DNA from: Phycisphaeraceae bacterium
GTDB taxonomy: Bacteria > Planctomycetota > Phycisphaerae > Phycisphaerales > Zrk34
Assembly (NCBI GenBank): GCA_040905565.1
Contig: JBBDRF010000085.1
Span: 1-64,000, forward strand
DNA: 64,000 nucleotides
Direction: 5' to 3'
In this document: positions 21,300-32,500 of the stretch, one piece after another
Position numbering within the stretch: position 1 is the first letter of the stretch
How the letters are laid out: each line of letters opens with the position of its first letter
The notes under the pieces: model-generated
Databases searched by the model: none
The model's input: the letters and a program-made list of their open reading frames with translations, nothing else
Told to the model about the DNA's origin: nothing
Program-made: the position numbers and the translations under genes

Positions 21300-22091
21300 G
21301 TGGCGCACGAGGATGACGACTCGCATCAGCAGGGCGGCGGCGGGATGCATCAGCGCGGCGTCACCCGTCCGATGGCCATGCAGGCCGGCCAAAGCCACAG
21401 CGACCACGGCCCGCCCTACAGCGACGCCCGCCACCACATGGTCCACATGCACCATCAGCAGACGCTATGGATCTATTGGCTTCTGGTGCTGCTCGGCCTG
21501 TGGATGCTGATCGCACCCCTCACCTTCGACTACGGCAAGAACATCGTCGACCCCAGCGGCGGCCGATCGGTATGGCTCAGCGACGACGCACGCGTGATGG
21601 CGCTCACCCTCAGCGACATCGTCACGGGCCTGCTGCTGATCATCTTCGGCTGGCGCTCGCTCACGCCCAACCGTCCCGTGAGCCTGTGGCTTTGCTGCGT
21701 GGCGGGCATCTGGCTGACCTTCGCGCCCGTCATCTTCTGGGCCCCGACCGCAGCGGCGTACCTCAACAGCACCATCATCGGCGCGCTCGTCATCTCCCTG
21801 ACCATCATCATCCCCGGCATGCCGAACATGCCCCTGTACATGCACATGGGCGGCGACACGCCTCCCGGCTGGAGCTACAACCCTTCAAGCTGGCCGCAAC
21901 GCGCCATCCTGCTCGCCCTGGCGTTCCTCGGCTGGCTCGTTTCCCTGATCGTGCTGCCCTGGATCATCAGCGGTGACAACCTCGGCGGCCGCCTCAACGC
22001 ACTGGTCGTCGGCCTTCTAGTCATCGCCCTGTCCATCCCACGCGGCGTCGTCACCGAGCGGTTCGCCGGCTGGGATCGCTACATCAAGTAG
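21300..22091 (+). CDS. SPW-repeat membrane protein with His-rich N-terminus; VKOR domain apparently deleted
   Basis: SPW-like helices and PPGWSYNPSSWPQR, then directly the terminal IPRG...WDRYI segment. Confidence 0.65.
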   Translation: MAHEDDDSHQQGGGGMHQRGVTRPMAMQAGQSHSDHGPPYSDARHHMVHMHHQQTLWIYWLLVLLGLWMLIAPLTFDYGKNIVDPSGGRSVWLSDDARVMALTLSDIVTGLLLIIFGWRSLTPNRPVSLWLCCVAGIWLTFAPVIFWAPTAAAYLNSTIIGALVISLTIIIPGMPNMPLYMHMGGDTPPGWSYNPSSWPQRAILLALAFLGWLVSLIVLPWIISGDNLGGRLNALVVGLLVIALSIPRGVVTERFAGWDRYIK

Positions 22092-22105
22092 CGGCTGGGA
22101 CCGAT

Positions 22106-23359
22106 TCAGATGCCGCCCTTTTGCCCCGTGTCGCCGAAGCGGTCCATCAGCGACTGCATCGCGTGCGCCTTCTTCGGCTCCTTCACGTACTGCTGCACCT
22201 GATCCGGCGAGGCGTCCGATTCTTCCTGCTCGCTGGCCTTCAGAGCCGTGACGGAAAGCGCGATACGCCGACGGTCGGGCTCGACGTCCACAACTTTCAC
22301 CGTGATCTGCTGGCCGATTTTGACGACGCTTTCGATGCGGTTCACCCGCTGTTCCGAAAGCTGGGAGATGTGGATCAGCCCTTCGACGCCGGGCTCGAAC
22401 TCAACGAACGCGCCGAAGGCAGCGGTCCGCGTGACCGTTCCGGTGAGCGTGATGCCGACGGGGTACTTCGCTTCGACCGCTTCCCAGGGGTCGCCCTTGA
22501 CCTGCTTCATGCCGAGCGCAATGCGGCCGGCTTCCTTGTCCACCTTCAGAATCTGCACGCGGACGACCTGCCCGAGCTTCAACACTTCCGTCGGATGCTT
22601 CAGCCGTGACCATGAAATGTCGGAAATGTGCAGCAGGCCGTCGGCCCCCGGCGCCAGTTCGACAAACGCCCCGTACTGCTCGATGCGGCGGACCGTGCCG
22701 TCGTGCTCCTGCCCCGGGGCGAGCTGTTCCATCAGCCGTTCGCGATTCTCACGCTGCTCAACTTCGAGCACCGCCCGACGGGAAACCACGATCCGCTTAC
22801 GGGCACGATCCAGCTCCGTGACCTGCACCTGAAGCTTCTGCCCAAGGTAAGGCTCGAGATCCTCCACGCGGCCAAGCTCGACCTGACTGATCGGCATGAA
22901 CGCCTTTTGCGAAGCGACCGTGAGTTCCAGACCGCCCGTGTTGTGCCCGCTGACCACGGCGTCGACGACCATGCCCTCAGCGAGGCTGTCGATGTCGGCC
23001 TTGGTCGCCCGGCCCGGCAGCGCGAGCTGATACAGCCCCTCGCCACGCAGATAGGAAACGACGATGAACTCCGCCTGCTCGCCAGCCACGGGAGTCTCGG
23101 GGAACTGCTCCAGCGGCGCAACGCCCTGCTCCTTGGCCGATAGCTCGACCATCACATCATGCCCACGCACGCTGATCACCGTGCCGGTGCGGCGGTCGGC
23201 CTTGGGCTCCTCGCCACGCTTGGGCTGAGCCTTCGGCTTGGACTTCTCCGGCGGGGCAGCGGCAGAGAGCATCGCTTCAATCGAAGCGTCGCCCAAAGCG
23301 TCCGCGATCTCCTTCTCCAGATCCGCATCCATCTCAACACGCGTCTTATCGTCAGCCAT
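22106..23359 (-). CDS. Four-S1-domain RNA-binding protein (short RpsA-like paralog)
   Basis: YGAFVELAPGADGLLHISDISW, FGAFVEFEPGVEGLIHISQLS, AFMPISQV. Confidence 0.88.
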   Translation of the reverse strand: MADDKTRVEMDADLEKEIADALGDASIEAMLSAAAPPEKSKPKAQPKRGEEPKADRRTGTVISVRGHDVMVELSAKEQGVAPLEQFPETPVAGEQAEFIVVSYLRGEGLYQLALPGRATKADIDSLAEGMVVDAVVSGHNTGGLELTVASQKAFMPISQVELGRVEDLEPYLGQKLQVQVTELDRARKRIVVSRRAVLEVEQRENRERLMEQLAPGQEHDGTVRRIEQYGAFVELAPGADGLLHISDISWSRLKHPTEVLKLGQVVRVQILKVDKEAGRIALGMKQVKGDPWEAVEAKYPVGITLTGTVTRTAAFGAFVEFEPGVEGLIHISQLSEQRVNRIESVVKIGQQITVKVVDVEPDRRRIALSVTALKASEQEESDASPDQVQQYVKEPKKAHAMQSLMDRFGDTGQKGGI

Positions 23360-23492
23360 GGCAAAAGTACCCTTGTTATCCGTGAGCAATCATCAAGCCC
23401 CCATTGTAGACCTAATCCCGACGCGGCACACACGCACACCACCATCACCAGCGCCCCTCCAACGCAATCCTCCCGGTCGGGAGACCACATCA

Positions 23493-23921
23493 TCAGGAGT
23501 CCTTTTCCTCCTCCTTCGCCTCCTCGGCGATCAGACGCTCCACTATCGTTTCATGTAAGTGCTCTACTTCAGCTTCGGCCATTCCTAGATTAAGGGCGAT
23601 CTCGTGGAAGCTGAGCCCTTCAAGGTAGTGCAGCACGACAATCAGACGTTCAGGTCGCGTCAGTGCGCCAGGGAACCTGCGTACCAAGGTGCGTATGCGG
23701 TCCGGCGACCATGAGTAACCAGTGTCCGCCTGCACCTTTTCGACAAGTCGTTCTGTTGCCTTTTCGAGCTTGAACTTTAGTTCCCACGTCCCCAGCTTCA
23801 ACGAGTGCAGCGACACCAACAGCCGTGCAAGCTCTGACCGGTACATCCATAAAATCACGAGCACCGTCACCGGCCATGCCAGTGACCGGACTACCTCTGA
23901 GTGAAACGTCAACCAATCCAT
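23493..23921 (-). CDS. Small membrane protein with C-terminal sigma-70 region 4-like HTH
   Basis: TM segment LAWPVTVLVILWMY; LTRPERLIVVLHYLEGLSFHEIALNLGM. Confidence 0.7.
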   Translation of the reverse strand: MDWLTFHSEVVRSLAWPVTVLVILWMYRSELARLLVSLHSLKLGTWELKFKLEKATERLVEKVQADTGYSWSPDRIRTLVRRFPGALTRPERLIVVLHYLEGLSFHEIALNLGMAEAEVEHLHETIVERLIAEEAKEEEKDS

Positions 23922-24147
23922 CCGAAAGATACTATCAAAATTTATGGTGTGTCGTCGGAACAGAAAGTGGGCCGTAGAGCGTTAATTTGACGCTTCCCGC
24001 ACACAGCAACCTGCGGATGCTGTCTGGCACGCGCATCACCTCCCCCACGTTGCCTCGTCGTATCCTCCCCGGTATCTTTGCCCTTGAGGCGTTCAATCCT
24101 CTTTTTCGCAATCGCTCCGCATCGCACTTCTCCGGATATCAGCAGCC

Positions 24148-24873
24148 ATGAAGCAGGTCATTTGCATGAAATGGGGCACGCTTTACAGCTCCGACTACGT
24201 CAATCGCCTTTACAGCATGGTCGCTCGCAATATCACCGGCCCGTTCCGCTTTATCTGCCTCACCGACGACCCGACCGGCGTCCGCGACGAAGTCGAATGC
24301 TTCCCCTGTCCCACCGTTCCGATTGAGGGGCCACAGGCGAACCGCGGCTGGCGCAAGCTCGCACTCTGGCAGCCGAAACTTGAAGGCGTCGAAGGCGAAG
24401 TGCTGTTTTTCGATCTCGACGTCGTCATCGTCGACAACATTGATGACCTGTTCACGTTCGACGAAGGCTTCTGCGTGATGCGAAACTGGACGCAGCCGGA
24501 GGAGCCGATCGGCAACACCAGCGTCTTCCGTTACACCGTCGGCAAGCATCCGGAAATCTGGGACTACTTCGTGGCCGATCCTGAGCGGGTCCTTCGCGAG
24601 CAGCCCAACGAGCAGATGTATATCTCCCGCACGATCAAACGGCTGATGTTCTTCCCCGACGATTGGTGCCGGCTGTTCAAGGTGCACTGCGTGCCGGCGT
24701 TCCCGATGCGATGGTTCGTCCCGCCACAGCTGCCGGAGGGCACGCGCGTGGTCGCATTCCCGGGCGATCCGAATCCCCCCGACGCCGCTGCGGGTCGCTG
24801 GCCTGCGAAGTGGTACAAGCGTTTTTACAAGCACATCCGCCCCACGCCCTGGGTGCAGAAGCATTGGCAATGA
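24148..24873 (+). CDS. Putative glycosyltransferase (GT-A fold)
   Basis: VICMKWGTLY...YVNRLYSMV, FFDLDVVI DxD motif, GNTSVFR. Confidence 0.85.
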   Translation: MKQVICMKWGTLYSSDYVNRLYSMVARNITGPFRFICLTDDPTGVRDEVECFPCPTVPIEGPQANRGWRKLALWQPKLEGVEGEVLFFDLDVVIVDNIDDLFTFDEGFCVMRNWTQPEEPIGNTSVFRYTVGKHPEIWDYFVADPERVLREQPNEQMYISRTIKRLMFFPDDWCRLFKVHCVPAFPMRWFVPPQLPEGTRVVAFPGDPNPPDAAAGRWPAKWYKRFYKHIRPTPWVQKHWQ

Positions 24874-26054
24874 GCGCCCCCCCACCCAATTTTCCCCCTA
24901 CTTCTCTCCCCGCCGCCTCTTCCCGCAAGCAACGGCTGACGGTTGTGCAAATCCTCCCTGCGCTCAACAGCGGGGGCGTGGAGCGCGGTACGCTTGAAGT
25001 GGCCTCCGAACTCGTCCGCCGGGGCCATCGCTCCATCGTGATCGCCGCACCGGGCCGACTCGCCAAAGAACTCACCCAAGCCGGCAGCCAGTACGTTCCC
25101 TGGCCCGTCGGCAAAAAATCGCCCCTTACTTTCAAGTGGATCGGCCCGCTCCGACGCCTGCTCATCGGCGAGAAAGCCGACATCCTCCACGCCCGCTCCC
25201 GCGTTCCCGCATGGGTCGCCTACCTCGCCTGGCGTTCGCTCCCCGCCAAGCATCGGCCCCGCTTCATCACCACCGTTCACGCCCTCTACTCGGTCAGCGC
25301 GTACAGCGGCATCATGATGCGGGGCGAGAAACTTATCGCTGTCTCCAAAACCGTCCACCAGTACATCCTCGACAACTATCCCCGCGTCGACCCTGCCGAC
25401 ATCGAGCTGATCTACCGCGGCATCGATCCCCTCGAGTTCCCCTACGGTCACCACCCTGAGCCCGAGTGGATCAAGCAGTGGCACCAGGAGTTTCCGCAAC
25501 TGCGTCACAAGCGGCCACTGCTGACGCTCCCCGCCCGACTGACCCGCCGCAAGGGCCATCGCGATTTTCTTAAGATGCTCGCCCAGCTCCATCAGCAGGG
25601 CATCGAAGCACACGGCGTGATCGTCGGCGGGGAAGATCCCAAACGTCGCGCCTACGCCCAGCAGGTCAGGCAAGACGTGATCGATCTCAACCTCACCAAC
25701 CACGTCACCTTCACCGGCGACCGCAGCGACGTCCGCGATATTTACGCCATGTCCGACATCGTCTACTGCCTGTCGAATCCCGCCGAATCGTTCGGTCGCA
25801 CCGTCGTCGAAGCGCTCACCATCGGCACTCCCGTCATCGGCTACGATCTCGGCGGCGTCGGCGAAACGCTCAGCGAACTGCTCCCCAACGGCCGCGTGCC
25901 GACCGGCGACATCCAGGCCCTTACCGACCGCACCATGCGTTTTCTCGATCACCGCCCCCACGTCCTGCCGAACACCATCTTCACCCGCGAAGCCATGCTC
26001 GACCACACCCTCGCCCTCTATAAAGACATGGCGGCGGAAAACCGAAATTCATGA
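24870..26054 (+). CDS. Glycosyltransferase family 4
   Basis: LPALNSGGVERGT, HARSRVPAW, ESFGRTVVEAL; ATGA overlap with upstream gene. Confidence 0.92.
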   Translation: MSAPPPNFPPTSLPAASSRKQRLTVVQILPALNSGGVERGTLEVASELVRRGHRSIVIAAPGRLAKELTQAGSQYVPWPVGKKSPLTFKWIGPLRRLLIGEKADILHARSRVPAWVAYLAWRSLPAKHRPRFITTVHALYSVSAYSGIMMRGEKLIAVSKTVHQYILDNYPRVDPADIELIYRGIDPLEFPYGHHPEPEWIKQWHQEFPQLRHKRPLLTLPARLTRRKGHRDFLKMLAQLHQQGIEAHGVIVGGEDPKRRAYAQQVRQDVIDLNLTNHVTFTGDRSDVRDIYAMSDIVYCLSNPAESFGRTVVEALTIGTPVIGYDLGGVGETLSELLPNGRVPTGDIQALTDRTMRFLDHRPHVLPNTIFTREAMLDHTLALYKDMAAENRNS

Positions 26055-26147
26055 GCCTGTCATCGCGCCCATTCTCACCCGTCATGGTGCCCATCCCTTC
26101 GCACGCTTGAGTTGACCGTGCACCTCGGGCGCAGTATCACTACCTGT

Positions 26148-26570
26148 ATGCCTCACGCGCTCGGTAAACAGTGCATCGTCCTCGCGACCCTCGCAGGCTA
26201 CCTCTGGGTGGCCATCGGAGGCGTGGGCGTCGTGTTCTGTCAAGGTAGTGACGGGCACAGCGGCATCGAGGTCGCCCACCAACACGGCCACTGCGGCGCC
26301 GGCCATGCTCAGCACAGCCCTGCCCCGCAGGCCCCGCAGGTCACCACGGCACCTTCCTGTCACGACACTCCGCTTGAAGAACTCGCCCTCGCCAATCCCA
26401 TTTCACCTCGGGCTTATGGTGATGCGGCAACCCTTCTCCCGCGGCCGTTGCTTCGCGAAGCGGCATGGACCGATGCCGATCGACAGCCGTACCGGAAAGT
26501 CGATCGCACCGCTCCGCAGTTGACGCCTTCCCACCTCGACGCCGTCCAGTGCGTCGTGCTCCTGATTTAA
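26148..26570 (+). CDS. Small His/Cys-containing protein upstream of the metal efflux operon
   Basis: Hydrophobic N-terminus, C...DGH...E, HQHGHCGAGH, SCHD, C-terminal VVLLI. Confidence 0.6.
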   Translation: MPHALGKQCIVLATLAGYLWVAIGGVGVVFCQGSDGHSGIEVAHQHGHCGAGHAQHSPAPQAPQVTTAPSCHDTPLEELALANPISPRAYGDAATLLPRPLLREAAWTDADRQPYRKVDRTAPQLTPSHLDAVQCVVLLI

Positions 26571-26755
26571 AAACCAGCCACCGTTTTACGCGCCCGTTCG
26601 GCGCGATGCGAGGCCGCCACAGGTTGTGACATGGCACCTTTCAGGTGTCGCCGTCGCACCATGCTGCGTCCGCAGAGGCTGCTGTTGTTCCTACGCCCAT
26701 CCTGTTTTTCTCGAGCCGTCGAGGCCCCCGGCCCCGCGTCTCCATGGAGGTGCCT

Positions 26756-28168
26756 ATGCATCGCCGACGATGCCATGCCCTCGCTGCCGCTGCACTCTTA
26801 TTGACCTTGGCGCTCACCGGCTGCCGCAGCTATCAGGCCCAGCCGCTTGATCTCCCCGCATACCAGAACGAATGGAAGCAACGGGATCTCACATCCCCGT
26901 CCGTCGCCGCGTTCGCTGAGCAGCTCGCCACGCGGCATGAGGACGACGATGCCGACCCGCCGCCCGCCTTCGATCCAGACGACGGCCTCACGCTTGACGA
27001 GGCCGAGGCGGTCACGCTGCTGCTGAACCCGCATCTGCGCACCTTACGCCTGCGGGCCCAGGTGCCCTTGATGGGGGCGCGGAACGCCGGCCAGTGGCAA
27101 GACCCGTCGATCTCCTTCAACGCGCTGCGTATCCTCGAAAGCGTGCAGGATCCGTGGATTCTCGGAGGCGGCCTCGCCCTCACGCTGCCGCTATCTGGTC
27201 GGCTCGCGGTCGAGCGGGATCTGGCGTGGTCCGAGTACGACGCAGCGTGGCGTGAAGCTGCACTCGCCGAGTGGGAAACGCTCAACGAGCTTCGGCAGGC
27301 CTGGCTGCGATGGTCCGCCACGCAGCAGGAGGCGGCGCTGCTTCGCGAGTACCTTGCGCACCTGGAGCCCGTGCAGGAGTCAGCCGAGCGCCTCGTTGAG
27401 GTCGGTGAACTGCCCGCCACCGATGCCCGCGTGCTGCAGATGGAGACGGCTCGTCGCGCTGTTGAACTCACGCATCTGCAAGCACAAGCCGACCAGCAGC
27501 GTATCGCGGTCCTCCGCCTACTCGGGTTATCCCCCGCCGCGTCGGTCGATCTGGTGGCCAGCCTCAACCTGCCTGCGCCGAACATGGATGCCGACGCCGC
27601 GCAAGCCGCCATCCTTGAACACCCCGAACTGATCCTGGCGCAGGCGCGATACGACGCCGCCGAGCACCGTCTGCACCGTGAAATCCGCAAACAGTACCCG
27701 GACCTCACCATCGGCCCCGCGACTCAATGGGAAGAAGGCCAATCGCGCATCGGCCTCAGTGGCGCGCTGCCGATCCCGCTCTGGAACCGCAACAGTCGTG
27801 CGATCGAGGAAGCCGAATCAGCGCGTGACGCGGCCCGCGCCGAAACGCACGCCCTGCTGCAAAGCCTCACCCATCGACTGGACACCCTGCATCGTCAGCA
27901 GCAGTCGGGACACGCGCGTCGCCGAACGCTTGAGGAGGACGTCGCGCCGCTCGTTGACCAGCAGATGCAGGAGATGCAGCAGCTCATCGAACTCGGTGAA
28001 CTGAACATCCTGCTTCTTTACGACGCGCTGCAGCGCTCGCTGCAGACCAAACAAGCCATGCTTCAAGCCACCCGCGAACAAGCCTCCGCAAGTGCCGCCA
28101 TCCGCGCGATGCTGCAGCCGCGTTGGGCTATCGAACCTGCACAAGACGCTTCAAAGGAGCGTAAATAA
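26756..28168 (+). CDS. TolC/CzcC-family outer membrane efflux protein
   Basis: Lipobox LTGC, QYPDLTIGP, LPIPLWNRN; first gene of the efflux triad. Confidence 0.88.
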   Translation: MHRRRCHALAAAALLLTLALTGCRSYQAQPLDLPAYQNEWKQRDLTSPSVAAFAEQLATRHEDDDADPPPAFDPDDGLTLDEAEAVTLLLNPHLRTLRLRAQVPLMGARNAGQWQDPSISFNALRILESVQDPWILGGGLALTLPLSGRLAVERDLAWSEYDAAWREAALAEWETLNELRQAWLRWSATQQEAALLREYLAHLEPVQESAERLVEVGELPATDARVLQMETARRAVELTHLQAQADQQRIAVLRLLGLSPAASVDLVASLNLPAPNMDADAAQAAILEHPELILAQARYDAAEHRLHREIRKQYPDLTIGPATQWEEGQSRIGLSGALPIPLWNRNSRAIEEAESARDAARAETHALLQSLTHRLDTLHRQQQSGHARRRTLEEDVAPLVDQQMQEMQQLIELGELNILLLYDALQRSLQTKQAMLQATREQASASAAIRAMLQPRWAIEPAQDASKERK

Positions 28169-29553
28169 TGCGACCCCCCTTCAACCATCTCACCCGTCCT
28201 CTCATGCTGACCCTGGCGATGCTCGCCCTGCTCACCGCCGGCTGCACCGGCGAGGCTGAGCCCAGCGCCTCAGCCGAGGAACCAATTCCTGCCGAGGCGA
28301 TGACCAATCGCATCGATGTGCCGTCGAACGTCAGGCAGAACCTCGGCATCAGCTTCGCGACCGTCGAGCGTCGACCCGTTCAGCGGACCGTGCGTCTGCC
28401 CGGCCGCTTCGAATTTCGCCCCAATGCGAAGCATGAACATCGGGCCATGCTCTCCGGCCGTATCGAACTGTTGGTCGACCAGTACGAGCATGTCGAACCC
28501 GGTCAGCCGCTGTTCCGCATCGATTCGCCGCGCTGGCAGGAGGTTCGCCATGAGGTCGTCGAAGCCGAGGGCGAGATCGCCTTGGCGCAGGCGCAGCTGG
28601 CCGTTGCCGAAGCCGCCGAAGCCGAAAATCGCGGTGAGCTTGAGTTTCTTGACCAACGACTCAAACGGCTGTCCGAAGCGCAGGTGCGACGGATCGAACT
28701 GGACGCACAACATGCGGAACTGACCAACCGCCAGCCGCGTCTCCAAGCGGAAGTCCAGGCGAAGGAGGTCGAACTTGATGAAGCCCACGAACATTACAGT
28801 TCAATCCTCAAGGTCGCCGCATCGGTCACCAATTTGCCCGTCGCCACGCTCCTGCAGTCTGTCGAAATGCACGAAGATGAGCACGGCCACGAGCGCGTCC
28901 GATGGCGCAACATGAAAACCCTCGAGATCCGCGCCCGCAGCCGAGGCATCGTTCAAACCCTTGCCGTCAGCCCCGGCGGCTGGGCCGAGACCGGCGAACT
29001 GGTCCTCACGATCGTGAACCCTCAAAACATCCGCTTCCGCGCCGACGCACCTCAAAGCGATCTCGCTCAACTCCACGAGGGCCAGCGTATCCAACTCGTC
29101 CCGCCCGAAGGCGGCAGCATCTCAATGCAAGACGCGTTGCCCGGCACGCTCAGCCTCGGCATCGAAGGCCATCCCGGCGAGCGCACCATGCCGGTTTACG
29201 GCTTGCCCACCGACTCAACCGCATGGGCACGCCCCGGCGTCACCGCCTACATGGAGGTCTTCATCGATGGCGAAGAGCATCCTCAACTCGCCATTCCCGA
29301 ATCGAGTCTCGTGCGTCAGGGCCTTGAAACCATCTTCTATCGCCGTGATCCGAACAATGCCGATCAGGTCTACCCCGTTCAGGCGGATCTCGGCGTCAGC
29401 GATGGGCGATGGGTCGTCGTGCGAAGCGGCGTCACCGACGGCGACCAGGTCGTCCTCGATGGCGCGTACGCCCTGAAAATGGCGGGCGGTCAGCAGCAGG
29501 CGCCCCCCGGCCATCACTACCACGCCGACGGCACGCTCCACAAGAACCACTGA
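28168..29553 (+). CDS. RND efflux membrane fusion protein (CzcB/CusB-like)
   Basis: Lipobox TAGC, coiled hairpin, LGVSDGRWVVVRSGVTDGDQVVLDGAY, His-rich tail HHYHADGTLH. Confidence 0.88.
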   Translation: MRPPFNHLTRPLMLTLAMLALLTAGCTGEAEPSASAEEPIPAEAMTNRIDVPSNVRQNLGISFATVERRPVQRTVRLPGRFEFRPNAKHEHRAMLSGRIELLVDQYEHVEPGQPLFRIDSPRWQEVRHEVVEAEGEIALAQAQLAVAEAAEAENRGELEFLDQRLKRLSEAQVRRIELDAQHAELTNRQPRLQAEVQAKEVELDEAHEHYSSILKVAASVTNLPVATLLQSVEMHEDEHGHERVRWRNMKTLEIRARSRGIVQTLAVSPGGWAETGELVLTIVNPQNIRFRADAPQSDLAQLHEGQRIQLVPPEGGSISMQDALPGTLSLGIEGHPGERTMPVYGLPTDSTAWARPGVTAYMEVFIDGEEHPQLAIPESSLVRQGLETIFYRRDPNNADQVYPVQADLGVSDGRWVVVRSGVTDGDQVVLDGAYALKMAGGQQQAPPGHHYHADGTLHKNH

Positions 29554-29567
29554 TCAGGAGACCCGAT

Positions 29568-32500
29568 ATGTTACGCCGACTGATCGCCTTCTCGCTGAAC
29601 AATGCAGCGTTGGTTCTGGTGATGGCCGCCCTGCTCCTGCTGTACGCGCTCTACCAGGTGCCGCGCATGGCGGTGGATGTCTTCCCCTCACTCAACGCTC
29701 CCACTGTTGTCGTGCTCACCGAAGCCGGAGGCCTCGCCGCCGACGAGGTCGAACAGTACGTCACCATCCCCCTCGAGTCTGCCGTCAACGGTCTGCCCGG
29801 CGTCCGCCGCGTTCGCAGCGGCAGCGCCATGAGCCTCTCGCTCATCTATGTCGAATTCGACTGGGGCACCGACATCTACCGCGCCCGCCAGGTCGTCTCC
29901 GAAGGGCTCGCCGGCGTCACCGAACAACTGCCCGAAAAAGTTCACACCGAAATCGCCCCCATCTCCGGCATCACCGGCGAGATCATGCTGCTCTCGCTTT
30001 CCTCCCCCGATCAGAGCGTCAGCCCAATCGACCTGCGCTCCTTCGCCGAGTTCGACCTGCGCCAGCGGCTGCTTTCCGTGCGAGGCGTCGCGCAGGTCGT
30101 GGCGATCGGCGGCGAAATGCCCGAGTACCAGGTCAACGTCCGTCAGGATCAACTGCGCCTGTACGACCTGACCATCGCCGACGTCACCGAAGCTGCGCGC
30201 CAATCGCACAGCATCGCAAGTGCCGGCTATCTGCCCAACGTTCAGGGCATCGAATCCGCTTTGCGCCAACGCGCCCAGGTGCAATCGGCTGAGGACATCC
30301 GCCGGACCATCGTGAAGTATCACGAGGGCGTGGCGGTGACGCTTGGTGACGTCGCCGACGTTCAAATGGGCCCCGCCCCGCCGCGCGGCACCGCCGCCAA
30401 CGCCGGCCATCCCGCCGTGGTGATGAGCATCAAGAAAGCGCCGTTTACGAACACCCTGACCATGACCGACGACATCGACCGCGTGCTCGATCAGGTCGAG
30501 GCCGGGCTGCCGGAGGGGATCGTTCTCGACCGCCACGTGATGCGTCAGGCCGACTTCATCAACGCATCAATCGGCAACGTGACCCACAAACTCCGCGATG
30601 CCTCCATCATCGTCGCGGTCATCGTGGTTCTGTTTCTGCTGAACGTGCGGGCCTCCATCATCACCCTCACCGCCATTCCCCTGTCCATCGCGATGGGCCT
30701 GCTGTTTCTCTACGGCATGAACATGACGCTGAACGTGATGACGCTCGGCGGTCTGGCCATTGCCGTCGGCGAAGTCGTCGACGATGCGATCATCGACGTG
30801 GAAAACATCATGCGCCGGCTGCGCGAAAACGCCCGCCTGCCTGAGCACCAACGCCAGCCCCGGCTGCGCATCATCTTCCAGGCCAGCAATGAAATTCGCT
30901 CAGCCATCGTCTTCGCCACCATCATCATCGTGATTGTCTTCGTCCCGCTCCTGTTTCTCCAGGGCGTCGAGGGCCGCTTCTTTCGGCCGATGGGCGCGGC
31001 GTACATCGTCTCCATCCTCGCATCGCTGCTGGTCGCGCTCACCGTCGTCCCCGCCCTGTCGCGTTTCCTGTTTCGAGGCAAGCTCGGGCAGGAGGAAGAA
31101 GACGGCTGGCTCGTGCGCCTGCTCAAACGCGCTTACGAACCCACGCTCCAAGCCGCCATCCGCTATCGCCATGCCGTCCTCGCCATCGCGCTGCTGGCAA
31201 CGCTCGGCAGCTTGTGGCTGGGCAGCACATTCGGCCGTGATTTTCTGCCTGCCTTCCGCGAGGGCACGATGACCATCTTCATCGACGCCCCGCCCGGCAC
31301 CTCGCTCACGGAAAGCGACCGCATGGTCAAGGGCCTCGATCGCCGACTCAGCGAACTCGAAGGCGTCCGCGCCGTCGTGCGCCGCACCGGCCGAGCTGAG
31401 CGCGATGAGCACGCACACGGCGTCAACCGCAGCGAAATCCAGGTCGCCCTCAACCCCGAAGCCCAGCACGCCGACGTCCTCCGCCGTATCGATGGCGTCC
31501 TCGCCGACCTGCCCGGCCTGAACACCGAGGTCGGCGCGCCGATCAGCCATCAGCTTTCGCATGTCCTCTCGGGAACGCAGGCCGCCATCGCCATCAACGT
31601 CTTCGGCGAAGATCTGCCCACGCTGCGCCGCATCGCCGAAGACATCGAGGCTGCTCTGGCCGACGTCCCCGGCGCGCGCGACGTTCTCGCCAACCGCGAA
31701 GCGACCATTGAATCGCTCCCGATTCGCTATCGTCATACCGATCTCGCACGATGGGGCCTTACCCCTGCGTCCGCCGCGAAGCAGACCGAAGCCGCCTTCA
31801 ACGGCGTCACCGTTCAGCGCGTCAACGAAGGCGTCCGCCTCTACGATCTCGTCGTCCGCCTCCACCCCGACCAGCGGCAAAACTACGACGACGTACGCAA
31901 CCTGCTGCTCCGCGGACAAGGCGGCGCGCTCGTCAGGCTCAGTGAAATCGCCAACGTCGGCCCCGAATACACACCGCTCGGCATCCAACGCCAAAACGGC
32001 CAACGCAAAGCCGTCGTCTCCCTCAACGTCGCCGAGGGCCACAATCTCGGACACGTCGTCGATGCCGTACGCCAACGCGTTGACCCCATCGTCCACCGCC
32101 GCGGCTATGCCGTGACCTACGGCGGCCAGTTCGAGGCCCAACAATCCGCGAGCCAGACGCTCTACGTCGTCGGCGGATTCATCTGCATCATCATCCTCGT
32201 CCTGCTCACGATGGCCTTCAACTCAACCCGCGCCGCCGCACTCGTCATGGTCAACCTTCCCCTCGCCCTGATCGGCGGCATCGTCGCCATCTTCCTCACC
32301 GAAAGCGGCAACCCCCTCGCAAACTTCTGGGCACTGCTCACCGGCGGCTCCTACCAGGCTCCCGTCATCTCCATCGCAAGCATGGTCGGCTTCATCACGC
32401 TCTTCGGCATCGCCGTCCGCAACGGACTCCTGCTCGTCAACCACTACGCCTACATGCTCAACGTCGACAAACTCCCCTTCGAACAGGCGATCATCCACGG

